The position numbers were made by a program, and so were the translations under genes. DNA of 64,000 nt from NCBI RefSeq assembly GCF_006345805.1, contig NC_043015.1, positions 44,764,001 to 44,828,000 on the forward strand, read 5' to 3'. Shown piece by piece: positions 35,466 through 47,859 of the stretch (positions within the stretch are counted from its first letter, which is position 1; each line of letters opens with the position of its first letter). Source of the DNA: Octopus sinensis. Taxonomy: Eukaryota. A model generated the notes under the pieces. The model did not search any database. It saw nothing but the letters and a program-made list of their open reading frames with translations, and had not been told where the DNA came from.

Positions 35466-36652
35466 TTACCCCCTCACAATTGTCATGCGCGTACAGTGGT
35501 GGCGGTGGAGTTCTAAGGTTTATTCATCATTTATTGTATTTATTTTTGTAAATTATGTGTACATCAATGGAAGTAATCTTCATAAACACACCGACGGGAA
35601 ATAACATCATTAGGTGAAACAAGCTGACTGACAGGTGACGGTCGTTTAGAAAAAGCGCGGGCTAAAACTACGCGCCTTCACTAGTCAGTTAAGGTGAGAC
35701 AGTGTCACGTGACAACTTGCTGGGGCTACCTGCTGGAGCCTAGCGGCAGGTATTTCAAGGGAAAAATTTGACAAGACAGTCAGTCACCGGCTGACACACG
35801 CTGACGATACATCGAAGAGGCCAGGGAACAGAAGAAAGAAGAAGAAAGAAGACATGCACCCAACACCAGAGCTGAAGACACCTCCGAAAAGGGGTGGGGG
35901 CCGCCATGTCAAAATGGTAGAGGAGTAGGGGCCGAAACCTGACGTGGTTCCTCCTGATGATGTCTTGAGCTAACTGGATCCTATAAAGGAGATGTTGTGG
36001 TAGCAGACCACGAAACACGGTTGTAATTCCTCCAAATCATTATTATTGAGAATTGCTGGTAGGGAAATACACCAAGGGACTTCTATTGTACTATTTCCGA
36101 ACCGTGCCGATTTGGAATAATTTTTTAAGACAGTGATTAGGGAAACCTCTGTTGTCCTATTGTTTGTGAACAACATTAAGTACTTCGTCCAGTTATGTAA
36201 ATAAAATATAACAGAATTAGAAAATTTATCGGCCTCTTACCTCAGGAAGAAGACACTTAAAAATGTTAATAATTAACTGTCAGTCATACGTGTTATTTTG
36301 TAAGTGGAGCTTTCAAATGTTTATTTTTCGGTCACTCGTAATTTTCATCTCTTCGATTTATAGAAAAAAAAAAAAGGAGAATTCGTCTCTTCTTTTGCGA
36401 AGAAATCATCTCTTCTCTAATGACGAGCAAATTTAATAGATTTTTGGAAAATATATAATTAATTTCGTTTTGGGATTTGGTTTGCAAGATTCTTTATATG
36501 AGTATAAGAAAAGAGTGGAAATTTTACCGGTGAGTGTGTTACAGTATAAGGCACAAAAAGAAAATGACTCTCCCCAGACACAACAGAATATAATTAATTA
36601 AAATATATATATTTATATAGACTGAATGGTTTCCTAATATATTCAGATGTGT

Positions 36653-36702
<50 letters not shown>

Positions 36703-36904
36703 CGTTCTATCGTATGTGGTAATGCTGCAATGCTGGTCACTTTCTAATTAAGCATTTACACATTGAAAACGTATGTACTGTATGCATTATAATTTATAAT
36801 TAGAACATATAAATATGATGGACTCTCCCGTCGAAGATGACGTATGAGCTTTCAGCTTTTGCCAAATGGTTTGTTTATAGGGTTCAAATATATGCGCCGC
36901 ACAT

Positions 36905-37035
36905 TAGTTCACTCCCCGAATTGATGAAAGGCAATGTCGACCTCGGTGGAACTTGAACTCAGAACGTAAAGATGGACACGAAATGACGCTAAGCACGTTA
37001 CTCGCGTGACAACGATTCCGACAACTCACCGCCTT
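36905..37035 (-). mobile_element. Old SINE A 5' part
   Basis: GTCGACCTCGGTGGAACTTGAACTCAGAACGTAAAG. Confidence 0.6.
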
Positions 37036-37239
37036 AATTTTTTGCGTGTGTAGTAATAACTTCCACTATAGGAACTTAGCTTGAAGCTTTAGGGGAGAGG
37101 TAACAATTCTCTTGCTCGCCGTCTTTGGTGTATATGTTAATACAACCATATTATATTTAACCCACGGATCTGTGGAGTAAGTAAGTAAGCCAAATAGTAG
37201 ATTGTTCGAGAAGAAGGTATCTATCAGTAAGTGTTAACT

Positions 37240-37738
37240 TGTTGTTGTGACCCCTTTCGGTCATGAATGACCATGGGATTGCACCTAGAAAGTTACCCTC
37301 CCAGACACATGTCCGGGCAAAGTTGTTTATGGAAGGCCGGCAGTCGCCCATGCATACTAGCCTCCCCTCTCCACGCCACCGATGTTATCCAAGGGAAAGG
37401 CAAAGGGGCTGATACAGCTTGGCACCAGTGACGTCGCAGCACATTTATTAACGTGCAAATGGCTGAGCACTCCACAGACACGTGTACCCTTAACGTAATT
37501 CTCGGAGAGATTCAGCGTGACATAGAGTGTGACAAGGCTGGCCCTTTGAAATACAGGTACAACAAGAAAGTTGTGGTGGAAGAGTACAGCAGGGTTCACC
37601 ACCTCTCCCTGCCGGAGCCTTGTGGAGCTTTAGGTGTTTTCGCTCAATAAACACTCACAATGCCCGGTCTGGGAATCGAAACCCTGATCCTACGACCGCG
37701 AGTTCGCTGCCCTAACCACTGGGTCATTGCGCCCCTAC
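37240..37738 (-). mobile_element. Chimeric SINE: C head + Y segment + G tail, 11-bp TSD
   Basis: Perfect AAGTGTTAACT at 37229-37239 and 37739-37749. Confidence 0.9.
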
Positions 37739-37949
37739 AAGTGTTAACTAGTTTATTTGATTATATTCTGATAATCTGACATCTGTTACCCAGGAAAGTG
37801 ATATGTACACGGATCAAACGAGGCGCACAGACGCACAGAATTAATTCATTGTAATAATATGTAAAACGCATTGGAACTTCTTATTTCTACAATATACATA
37901 TTCATATACACAAATATGTCTGAGTGTCTGGGTATGCAGTTGGGTGGCT

Positions 37950-38185
37950 TTGTGCTTGTGGCGCAGGTGTAAACATAAGTGTTTGTATCTGTGTGTTTGT
38001 GTTTGCCCCCACCACCACCACCACCGTTGATAATCGGTGTTGGTTTGTTTATGTTTTTATAATTTAGCGGTTCATCAAAAGGGTTTGATAGAATACGTAC
38101 CAGACTCAAAAAAAATAAGTACTGGAGTTAATTCATACGACTAAAGCCAGCATGGCCACAGTCCAATGATTGAAACACGCAAAAG
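37950..38185 (+). mobile_element. Old SINE B 3' half
   Basis: Diverged TTTAGCGGTTC...GCCAGCATGGCCACAGTCCAATGATTGAAAC. Confidence 0.6.
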
Positions 38186-38255
38186 ATATGTGTGTGTGTG
38201 TGAGTTTGTATGCATGTCTGTATGTTGTATGTATGCACATGTATACATACATATA

Positions 38256-38396
38256 GGCGCAGGAGTGGCTGTGTGGTAAGTAGCTTGTTTACCAACCACA
38301 TGGTTCTGGGTCAGTCCCACTATAAGCCTCGGGCCGACCAAAACCTTGTGAGTGGATTTGGTAGACGGAAACTGAAAGAAGCCCATCGTATATATG

Positions 38397-38464
<68 letters not shown>

Positions 38465-38685
38465 TGTGTGTGTTTATGTGTCTGTGTTCGTCCCCCTAGC
38501 ATTGCTTGACAACCGATGCTGGTGTGTTTATGTCCCCGCTACTTATCGATTCGGCAAAAGAGACCGATAGAATAAGTACTGGGCTTACAAAAGAATAAGT
38601 CCCGAGGTCGAGTTGCTCGATTAAAAGCGATGCTCCAGCATGGCCGCAGTCAAATGACTGAAACAAGTAAAAGAGTAAAAAGAGA
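38256..38685 (+). mobile_element. SINE B with short internal deletion
   Basis: Head GGCGCAGGAGTGG. CCCACT joins directly to ATAAGCCTCGGG. Confidence 0.85.
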
Positions 38686-38845
38686 GTATGGGTATGTATA
38701 TATGTGTGTGTGTGTGTGTGCGTGTGTGTGTGTGTGCGTGTGTGTGTGTCTGTGTGTGTCTGTGTGTCTGTGTGTGGTGTGTGTGTGTGTGTGTCTGTGT
38801 GTATATATATATATATACATACATATATATATACATACATATATA

Positions 38846-39035
38846 TAGGGAGAATTCACAAAAAAGAAACAAAAGACGAAGACAGGTGGTGTAGACAACA
38901 AACAGATGTATTAATATAACGGCTCGGGAAGAGAAAAAGTCTTTAACATTTCGAGCCTACGCTCTTCCACAGGAAGGAACACAGAAAGAAACAAGGAGAG
39001 AAAATAAAGAATGTGTAGTGGCTAGCGATCTGTCA
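38846..39035 (-). mobile_element. Penelope-like terminal repeat
   Basis: Homologous to 33896-34095. Confidence 0.55.
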
Positions 39036-39551
39036 TGCGAAACATACATAATACTGCATACACATATGCATAAATACATACAGACACACACGCAAACTCA
39101 CTTATACGTATATAACGATATATACGCAGGTTGTGTGGGTGTGAATGTGTAGGTGTGCGTGTATATGGGTTTGAGGTGTGTGGGTTTGAATGCAGGCATA
39201 ATGCAAGCAAAATGGTGTACAACTGTATATGATATACGACTATCAACCCATAGGTCCTCTAGTTGTTGTTGTTTACAACAGATCCAAGTCAACCACGTTT
39301 AACGTAGATTTACGCTGAAACACGTTCTAACCGTGACCATCCTGTCTCTTTTTTTTATTTTTTAGGAATATTTAGGACTACATTATTTAATGCGTTCTAT
39401 CCTTGATTAAGATGTTATACTGTGATTGAGGGATACTTGGCTGCCGTTTCTAGCAGACGGGTCAACCTACCGTACAGAAAATTCCTCGTTAGATCGTGGG
39501 TTATGGGTTCAAGTCTAACTGGAGTCTTTCGTTGATTGTAGTATTTTGCCA

Positions 39552-39552
<1 letters not shown>

Positions 39553-39639
<87 letters not shown>

Positions 39640-39640
39640 A
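39553..39640. repeat. Perfect (TG)n, about 43 units
   Basis: Direct reading. Confidence 0.95.
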
Positions 39641-39824
39641 TGTGTAGGCTACAATTCATTTAGCTCACTAGAATGGTAATCAGATCTTGTGGGGAGTCTA
39701 TCCGAGACAAGTCTGTTGTCCTCTCCCAGGGGACATGTATCACTCAGTCACTCAACACTTGTAAGGCGGGAACAAGGTCATGATCTTTTAAAGGCTTAGG
39801 AGACATATTTCATTTTACATGCAT

Positions 39825-39886
39825 ATATTGATGATTGATGATTGATTGATTGATTGACTGACTGATTGATTGATTGATTGACTGAC

Positions 39887-39921
<35 letters not shown>

Positions 39922-40180
39922 CTGATTGACTGATTGATTAATTGAGTGAGTGAGTGAGTGAGTGAGTGAGTGAGTGATGGATGGATGGATGGACATTAAT
40001 ATAACGAAATAACTGGCTAGATGGATGGTTAGATAGGTGGATTGATGGATAGATGAAAGGGTAGTTGGATATTTGGTTAAATGGATAGATGGATTGATGA
40101 ATGAATGAATGAATGAACGAACGAATGGATGAATGGATGGATCGTTAGATAGATGAGTGACTGAATGGATGGATGAGCAA
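39825..40180. repeat. Tetranucleotide succession (GATT)n-(GAGT)n-(GGAT)n-(GAAT)n
   Basis: Direct reading. Confidence 0.85.
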
Positions 40181-40542
40181 AGATTCGACAAAAGAAACCC
40201 AAGTTGATCGCTCGAACTAAGAATAATAGCAGTCATATTTCCCTCACATATATCATACTATACCATTATAATAAAATAGGAAGGACAAGCAAGCGCGACC
40301 ACCCACCCCACAAAAAGACAGGACAGTCATGACTGGAACTCAATAACAACAAACAGCAAAAAACAAAAAAGAAACAACAACAAAGGCATAAACGAACGAA
40401 AATACAAAGAGCCTTAGTAACATACAAGCACCGCCTGGGCTCGATAAGGAGACAGATTTTTCTTGATAATAAAATCAGACATCGTGTGGCCTTTTAGGTT
40501 GTTAATTAAACTCAGAGAACACACATCACATGAATTTTGTAT

Positions 40543-40743
40543 AGGCGTAGGAGTGGCTGTGTGGTAAGTAGCTTGCTTACGAACCACATGGTTCCGGGTT
40601 CAGTCCCACTGCGAGGCACCTTGGACAAGTGTCTTCTACTATAGCCTCGAGCCGACCAAAGCCTTGCGAGTGGATTTGGTAGACGGAAACTGAAAGAAGC
40701 CCGTCGTATATATGTGCATATATATATATATATGTGTGTGTTG

Positions 40744-40774
<31 letters not shown>

Positions 40775-41020
40775 TGTGTGTGTATGTGTGCATGTGTGTG
40801 TGTGCGTGTGTGAGTATGTATGTGTTTATGTGTCTGCGTTTGTCCCCCTAACATCGCTTGACAACCGATGCTGGTGTGTTTACTTTAGCGGTGGTTCGGC
40901 AAAAGAGACCGAAGGCATAAGTACTAGGCTTACAAAGAATAAGTCCTGGGGTCGATTTGTTCGACTAAAGGCGATGTTCCAGCATGGCCACAGTTAAATG
41001 ACTGAAACAAGTAAAAGAGA
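40543..41020 (+). mobile_element. SINE family B, full length
   Basis: Near-consensus head and tail. Confidence 0.9.
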
Positions 41021-41143
41021 TAATAGTACGAGATGGTTGTCCTATCTGACCGTGTTGATAGGATGTTAGTGTGTCAACCGGTTGAGTAGTCCATATTGCA
41101 TATTTTTGATATAGCCACGGTGCCGTGTGCCCGGCAACAGAAA

Positions 41144-41460
41144 CTGGTACTTATTTAATCGACCCCGACAGGATGAAAGGCAAAGTCGCCCTCGGCGGAA
41201 TTTGAACTCAGAACGTAAAGTCGGACGAAATACCTATTTCTTTATTACCCATAAGGGGCTAAAGATAGAGGGGACAAACAAGAACAGACATAGGTATTAA
41301 GTCGATTACATCGACCCCAGTGCGTAACTGGCACTTAATTTATCGACCCCGAAAGGATGAAAGGCAAAGTCGACCTCGGCGGAATTTGAACTCAGAACGT
41401 AAAGACGGACGAAATACCGCAAAGCCTTTTGCTCAGCGTGCTAATGATTCCTCCAACTTG
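41144..41460 (-). mobile_element. Tandem SINE A dimer with GGTA junction
   Basis: Junction GGACGAAATA|CCTATTTC at 41232-41233. Confidence 0.85.
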
Positions 41461-41599
41461 TTGTCACCTTATTTTCGTAATTAGATATTATTAGGAACTG
41501 TATGAAACAAATAAAAGGTTGAAATATCTTGCGTGTTGAAGAAGTAGAACCAATTTATTGCAGATAAAATTTTAAGAACGAAATTTTATGTGGAATCTA

Positions 41600-41675
41600 A
41601 AGGGTCACGTGGAACACGAAAGGTCATGTGAAACACGAAAGGTCATGCGGAACACGAAGGATCATGTGAACTCCG
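41600..41675. repeat. 19-bp tandem repeat x4 (AAAGGTCATGTGGAACACG) next to a hAT-like MITE end
   Basis: GGTCA at 41603, 41622 and 41641, GATCA at 41660, followed by TTTGAGAACCACT. Confidence 0.7.
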
Positions 41676-41786
41676 TTTGAGAACCACTTTGTTAATGAAC
41701 GATAATCGGGGGAACAAATTGACTGTTGATGGTCAACATCGAGAAGAATCGGTTGGATACATATGAATTAAACAGCTGTGCTTGTG

Positions 41787-41865
<79 letters not shown>

Positions 41866-41986
41866 GCGTGTGTGTGTATATTTTCTCATACCTTAGAAAA
41901 GAAAGAAACGTTTCGAGTGTGGTCAGCGATCGAATATGCACACATCTTCACGCGTGGACACATACACGCACACTCAGATACACGCG

Positions 41987-42028
<42 letters not shown>

Positions 42029-42204
42029 CCCCCCCATACACACACATGCGCACACGCAGGTACAGATGTAGATTATTTTACAAGCACATATGCACTCATA
42101 GACACACAGACACACACAACAGAGATACGTGCATGTATATGTGTTTGCATATGTGCGTGTGTATACATAGATGTATGTATGTATGTATGTATGTATGTAT
42201 GGAT

Positions 42205-42242
<38 letters not shown>

Positions 42243-42848
42243 TGTGTTATAGGTAATTTTAATCAAATGAATAAGAAAAAGTAATTGACTAAAAAAAACT
42301 CAACAGGCGTTGTAGAGCTGAATATTTTGCATTAAATTTGGCTTTTCAAACTTTATACATACATACAAACATACACGAATACATAGCTATTTTATTTGTA
42401 TATATGCAGACACACACACACATACATACACACACACACACATACACACATACACACACATACACACTTATACACGCACACATACACACACACGCGCGCA
42501 TATTTATAGACATACTCAGACACGTATACATAGACATGCGCGTAAGTGGATGTGTGCACGTGCATATGCATATGCGTCTGTGCATAATCGAATTTAGGCA
42601 AAGAATAAAAAGGCCAGAGAAACTATCCAGCAGCTAAAAATAGACGGTAACAACAGCAACAACAACAACAACACACACACAGACACACATACATTCAATA
42701 TAATCTATGTCAAACTTAGTGGGACTAAGATGTTCCATTTGTTCTTCTTGCAGTCCTATAGATGTTCCAACGCTTCGTCCCACGGACAAAGAAATCACGA
42801 AACACTATTTAAACACAACGCATCACTTTGCTCGATCCTCAAACGATA

Positions 42849-43080
42849 TTATTTCTTTATTGCCCACAAGGGGCTAAACATAGAGGAGACAATCAAGGAC
42901 AGACAAAGGGATTAAGTCGATTACATCGACCCCAGTGCGTAACTGGTACTTAATTTATCGACCCCGAAAGGATGGAAGGCAAAGTCGACCCCGGCGGAAT
43001 TTGAACTCAGAACGTAACGGCAGACGAAATACCGCTAAGCATTTCGCCCGACGTGCTAACGTTTCTGCCAGCTCACCGCC
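42849..43080 (-). mobile_element. SINE A1, full length
   Basis: Near-consensus. ATCCTCAA occurs on both flanks (42835-42842, 43083-43090). Confidence 0.85.
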
Positions 43081-43586
43081 TTATCCTCAACAAAAAAGAT
43101 AGATTCGAGTGATTAAAACTGCTTTCCACAGTTAAGGGTAATGAAATTTTGGATTATTTTATCCAATTTCCGCAGTAAAAGGGCAAAGCTTGTAATAATG
43201 GGCCAACTTCGCATATAGGACCTGTGGTAATGTTTTGAGACATCGGGTGAAGGGATATGTTTTATATGCCATTTAAGATGGTAGTTATTGGTGAATTGGT
43301 AGGTTCGTTAGGGTACTCTACGTTCTGAGTTCAAACCCTACCGAAATCACCTTTACCTTTTCTTTTTCTTTTTTTTTTTTTTCTAAGGTCGAAGAATTAA
43401 ATTATTGTTTAATAATGGGGTCGATATAAAGGAATGCTGTCTCCACAAGCTGAGGTTTTGTTCCTATGTTAGAAATCAGTTATTGGTGCACTAATCGAAC
43501 TATGATCGAAGTAAAAGAACAGAGTGCAACAGGCAGCGATAGGCGACTATCAGAAAGATCTACATATCTATCTAATTAGCTAGCTA

Positions 43587-43624
<38 letters not shown>

Positions 43625-43629
43625 AATAT

Positions 43630-43676
<47 letters not shown>

Positions 43677-43696
43677 CGTGTGTGTGTGTGTGTGTG

Positions 43697-43945
43697 TGGA
43701 GGCTCGTGGCTTGTGGTTAGGAGTGCAGCATCATGATCATAAATTGTGGTTTCGATTCTGACCGGGCGATTCGTTGTGTCCTTGAGCAAAACTTTCTTTC
43801 ACGTTGCTCCAGTCACTCAGCTGCAAAAATGAGTAACGCTGCGATGACTGGCGTCCCGTCCAGCTGAGGACACTACAACCATAAAACCGGGAAACCGGGC
43901 CCATGAGCCTGGCTAGGCTTTAAAAGGGCGCATTTATTTTTTTTT
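43697..43945 (+). mobile_element. SINE family D copy with many 1-bp deletions
   Basis: Colinear with 30619-30891. Confidence 0.8.
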
Positions 43946-44094
43946 ACTATATATATATGAAAGAGTATGATAAACGTAAGATGTGGTTTATAAACTCACC
44001 AGTTACAGATATACATATAACTGTATGCAAAAGATATATGTGTGCGTATGTGTGTATAAAGAGAGAGGGTGCGGGAGGGAAAGAGAAGCGGGTG

Positions 44095-44303
44095 AGATAG
44101 ACAGACAGATAGATAGACAGACAGACAGACAAGCAGACAGGCAGACAGACAGACAGACAGATAGATAGATAGATAAACAGATAGATGAATAACCAGATAT
44201 ATAGATAGATTAGATTAGATAGATCGATAGATAAACAGATAGATGATAGATACAACAGACAGACAGACACACACACAGCAGACAGACAGACAGATAGATA
44301 GAT

Positions 44304-44340
<37 letters not shown>

Positions 44341-44411
44341 AGATAGATAGATAGATAGATGATCATAGATAGATAGAAAGAAATAGATAGATAGATTAGA
44401 TTAGATAGATA

Positions 44412-44447
<36 letters not shown>

Positions 44448-44465
44448 GGAGATAGATAGATGATT
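44095..44465. repeat. (GACA)n/(GATA)n field
   Basis: Direct reading. Confidence 0.9.
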
Positions 44466-44820
44466 GATAATGATATGGATCCAGAATGTGTGTGTTGTGT
44501 ACAAGAAGAAGGGGGGAGAGAAAAATAGACGAAAACGAAGGGAAGCGAATTAAAGAAAATCCGAAAAGATCACGAGTAAGACAGAAGAGAAGAATAAAAC
44601 CAATGACCAACGGAGTTGACCACAAGAAAAACAACTGAGAAGCAAAAACCGAACAATTTTAACTTCTCTTGAAGATGGATATTCCCGTCTCCCCTTCATT
44701 AGGATAATTGCAGCTAAACACTCTTTGATGAATACCTCTAATTAGGAAGTGCCTAGTAAAATAATTAATTTTACTAATTCGTCGAAATATTGCAACAGAA
44801 ATCAGACGAGTGTTAGACAT

Positions 44821-44835
44821 CCGGAAGTGACGTCA
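44821..44835 (+). promoter_or_regulatory. Exact ETS-CRE composite motif CCGGAAGTGACGTCA
   Basis: Exact match to the overlapping GABP/ETS + CREB site known from mammalian promoters. Function here untested. Confidence 0.25.
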
Positions 44836-45159
44836 AAAGAACTAAGCACAAACTACCACAATGGTCTTACACAAGACATTAACGAGTCCTGGCGGATCCT
44901 GTAGGTGGCCATATGACCTGCTAGAAATGTCAACCAGCTTGCTTCAAATTAGACCCGCTACCATCTTGAAGCTGGAAGGACGCAACGTTGGCCTTGATTT
45001 GCAAAAAGACTGGATGATCAAAGTTCGAATGATCTGGACCATAGGTCTGCTCGATTTGTGATGACCCGGGGCTAAATGATCAACTAATACAAGAAGTAAG
45101 AGACGTCATCAGAGTACAGGATGAATATTTATTTATTTATTCGTCTATTTAATTTTCTT

Positions 45160-45470
45160 CTTTTTCTTTTGCTCTTTTCAAGCTTAGCCAGCCTCATGGA
45201 CCCGGTTTCCCGGTTTCTGTGGCGTATGTGTTCCCCCCAGCTGGACGGGACGCCAGTCCATCGCAGCGTTACTCAAGAAACAGGAAACGAGAGTGAGAGA
45301 AAGTTGTGGCAAAAGAGTACAACAGGGGTCGCCATCACCCCCTGCCGGAGCCTTGTGAAGCGTTTAGGTGTTTTCGCTCAATAAACACACACAACGCCCG
45401 GTCTGGGAATCGAAACCGCGATCCTCCGACCGCGAGTCCGCTGCCCTAACCACTGGGCCATTGCGCCTCC
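45160..45470 (-). mobile_element. Chimeric SINE: C head + D (Meta-like) tail
   Basis: Head as 18881-19199; tail GAGTAACGCTGCGATGGACTGGCGTCCCGTCC as in 30770-30880. Confidence 0.85.
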
Positions 45471-45660
45471 CTAGTTTTTTGTTTTTTTTATAGGACAAGT
45501 GTGTAAACGACAGCGAGTGATGTCCCAAAATAACCTGTGATAGAATGGTCTGGAACCGCGTATCTTCTTCTGGGCCCTCAAACACGTTTCCCACCTACAT
45601 GATTCTGGCAATTCCAGTAGTACTGAGTATGTATGTGTGTTGAAGTGGGTGAGTGTTGTG

Positions 45661-45700
<40 letters not shown>

Positions 45701-46211
45701 TAAGAGTTCCAAGTGCTGAAACATTTTTCAACAAAGGGGAGAGAATTTCAATGCAACCATTCCACCTGCTAAAAACGGCAGTCAAATCTTCATCAAATCA
45801 CCTACTCTACCGGCTAGAATACCTTAGATAATGTGGTTTTGGAAGAGCACTGGGCCTGGGGAAAAGGCGTTGTGGTCAGAACTGGATTGCCTTTCAATAT
45901 AAACCTGCCTGATCCTAATGAGGGCAAAACAGCAATAACATTGTGAAGAATTACAAGTTATGTATGTGTGCGCATACATATGTATGTATACAGGTAAGCA
46001 CATAATTGCAAAACAAGGTGTAAAAAATAGTACTCAGATACTAAAGGTAGAGTAATATGCTTTTTATTAAAGCCGAAACAAATCTTCACAAGAGGTAATG
46101 TGAAACTCTGAGTGACAGTTCGAGATTTTGGGGGCTTTAAAAAGGTGTGTGTTTACCTACCTACATACATACATACACACACACGTGTGTGTGTGTGTAC
46201 AGAGAGGGAGA

Positions 46212-46257
<46 letters not shown>

Positions 46258-46344
46258 CGTTATACCAGTATATGTATTCAGAGACCTATAGTACATTGTA
46301 TAAATACAATTATTGCTCCTATTTCTACGACTGGAGAAATTTTT

Positions 46345-46778
46345 AGGATCTTTTCGGTTTGAACGGCAGTTATTTCTAGCGGTGTCATATGAAATTGTCA
46401 CCCATAATTATGACCCTAGTATCGATCTATTGCATTTCAATCTGTTTTAGGATTAGAGTTAGTTAGGGTTAGGGTTAGGGGTGGGGAGAAGGGTATCTTT
46501 TTTTCCTCACAAATGTAAATAAACCCAATCTGTTTCTTAAACGAGGGACATATTCATACGGTACAGAATGTTTTTTACCTCAATAGACGTCACTGATTGG
46601 TTGAAATTGCAGAAATTGAAGAAAAAAAACAACAAATATCTTACAAACTATAGAATTTTCTCAATAAAGCCAAGAGAAAAGATGTTTTATAAATACATTC
46701 TACCAGTATACGAAGTTTAAAATTTTTTAGTTACATAGAAATTATTTTAAAAACTGCCGTTCAAACCGAAAAGATCCT
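46345..46778. mobile_element. Non-autonomous DNA transposon, 27-bp perfect TIR (possibly Merlin-like)
   Basis: AGGATCTTTTCGGTTTGAACGGCAGTT / AACTGCCGTTCAAACCGAAAAGATCCT, with internal (TTAGGG)3 at 46463-46480. Confidence 0.8.
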
Positions 46779-46800
46779 TTTTTTATTATATTTATCCAAG

Positions 46801-47050
46801 AGCAATGGTTCTCACCTGAGGTCCATATGGCCCTTGGACGTCCATATAAGATTTTATTGTTAAAATCTACGTGCAATAAATTAGTTATACTGCTACAATA
46901 CACAATTTTTTTGTTCATTTCCTAATAAAATCTAATTTTAAAAATACAGTAAGATTTTTATTTATACATTGAATAACTGTGGAGGTCCAATAAAGTAAAA
47001 TAGAAACTAAAGGGGTTCCATAGGCAAAACATTGTTGATAACCACTGTTC
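46801..47050. mobile_element. hAT-like MITE
   Basis: Imperfect TIR AGCAATGGTTCTCA / TGATAACCACTGTT. Confidence 0.55.
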
Positions 47051-47236
47051 TAGAGTTTAGCTGACACTAAATTTAGTGTCAACTTGATGGTGGGTTTGCT
47101 AGCCTCATTAGAGCATCGTGGAAAATGCCTTCAAATTTGCTGGTTTTGTGCCTAAATTAGAAACAGTTATTACATGGATATAGCACAAACGAAACTAGAA
47201 ACCCAGTCTTCGCATGGCTAATATTTCATTCTGCGA

Positions 47237-47750
47237 GCTAGCAGAAACGTTAGCGCGCTGGGCGAAATGCTTAGCGGTATTTCGTTTGCCGCTACGTTCG
47301 GTGTTCAAATTCCGTTGAGGTCGTCTTTGCCATTCATCCTTTCGGGGTCGATTAAATAAGTACCAGTTACGCACTGGGGTCGATATAATCGACTTAATCC
47401 GTGTGTCTGTCCTTGTTTGTCCCCTCTGTGTTTAGTCCCTTGTGGGTAGTAAAGAAATAGGTATATCTTTTGTCTTTACGTTCTGAGTCCCATTTGCGTA
47501 CTGGGATCGATCTAATCGACTGCCCCACCCCCACCCCCCAAAAACAAAAAAAATGTCGGGCCTTGTGCCTAGAGTAGAAAAGAATATTCATCCGTCTTTA
47601 TGTTCTGAGTTCAAATTTCGCAGAGTTCGACTTTGCCTTTCATCCTTTCGAGATCGATGAAATAAGTACCGATTGAGTACTGGTGGTCGATGTAATCGAC
47701 TTACCCCATCCCCCAAACTTGCTGGCCTCGTACCAAAATTTGAAACCAAT
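47237..47750 (+). mobile_element. Cluster of SINE A copies (A1 joined at GGTA to A2 remnants)
   Basis: Junction AAAGAAATAG|GTATATC at 47460-47461. Confidence 0.8.
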
Positions 47751-47859
47751 ATTTATTTTTGTGTTGAACTCACAAATATAGCACAGTATCTTATTAGACG
47801 CTTCCGCGATTCTATCAATCTATTACAATAAAAATCACTTCAAAGATACAAAGGAGGGA

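Noticed and set aside
46463-46480. Telomere or chromosome fusion site
   Set aside because: Only three TTAGGG units, located inside a TIR-bounded transposon.
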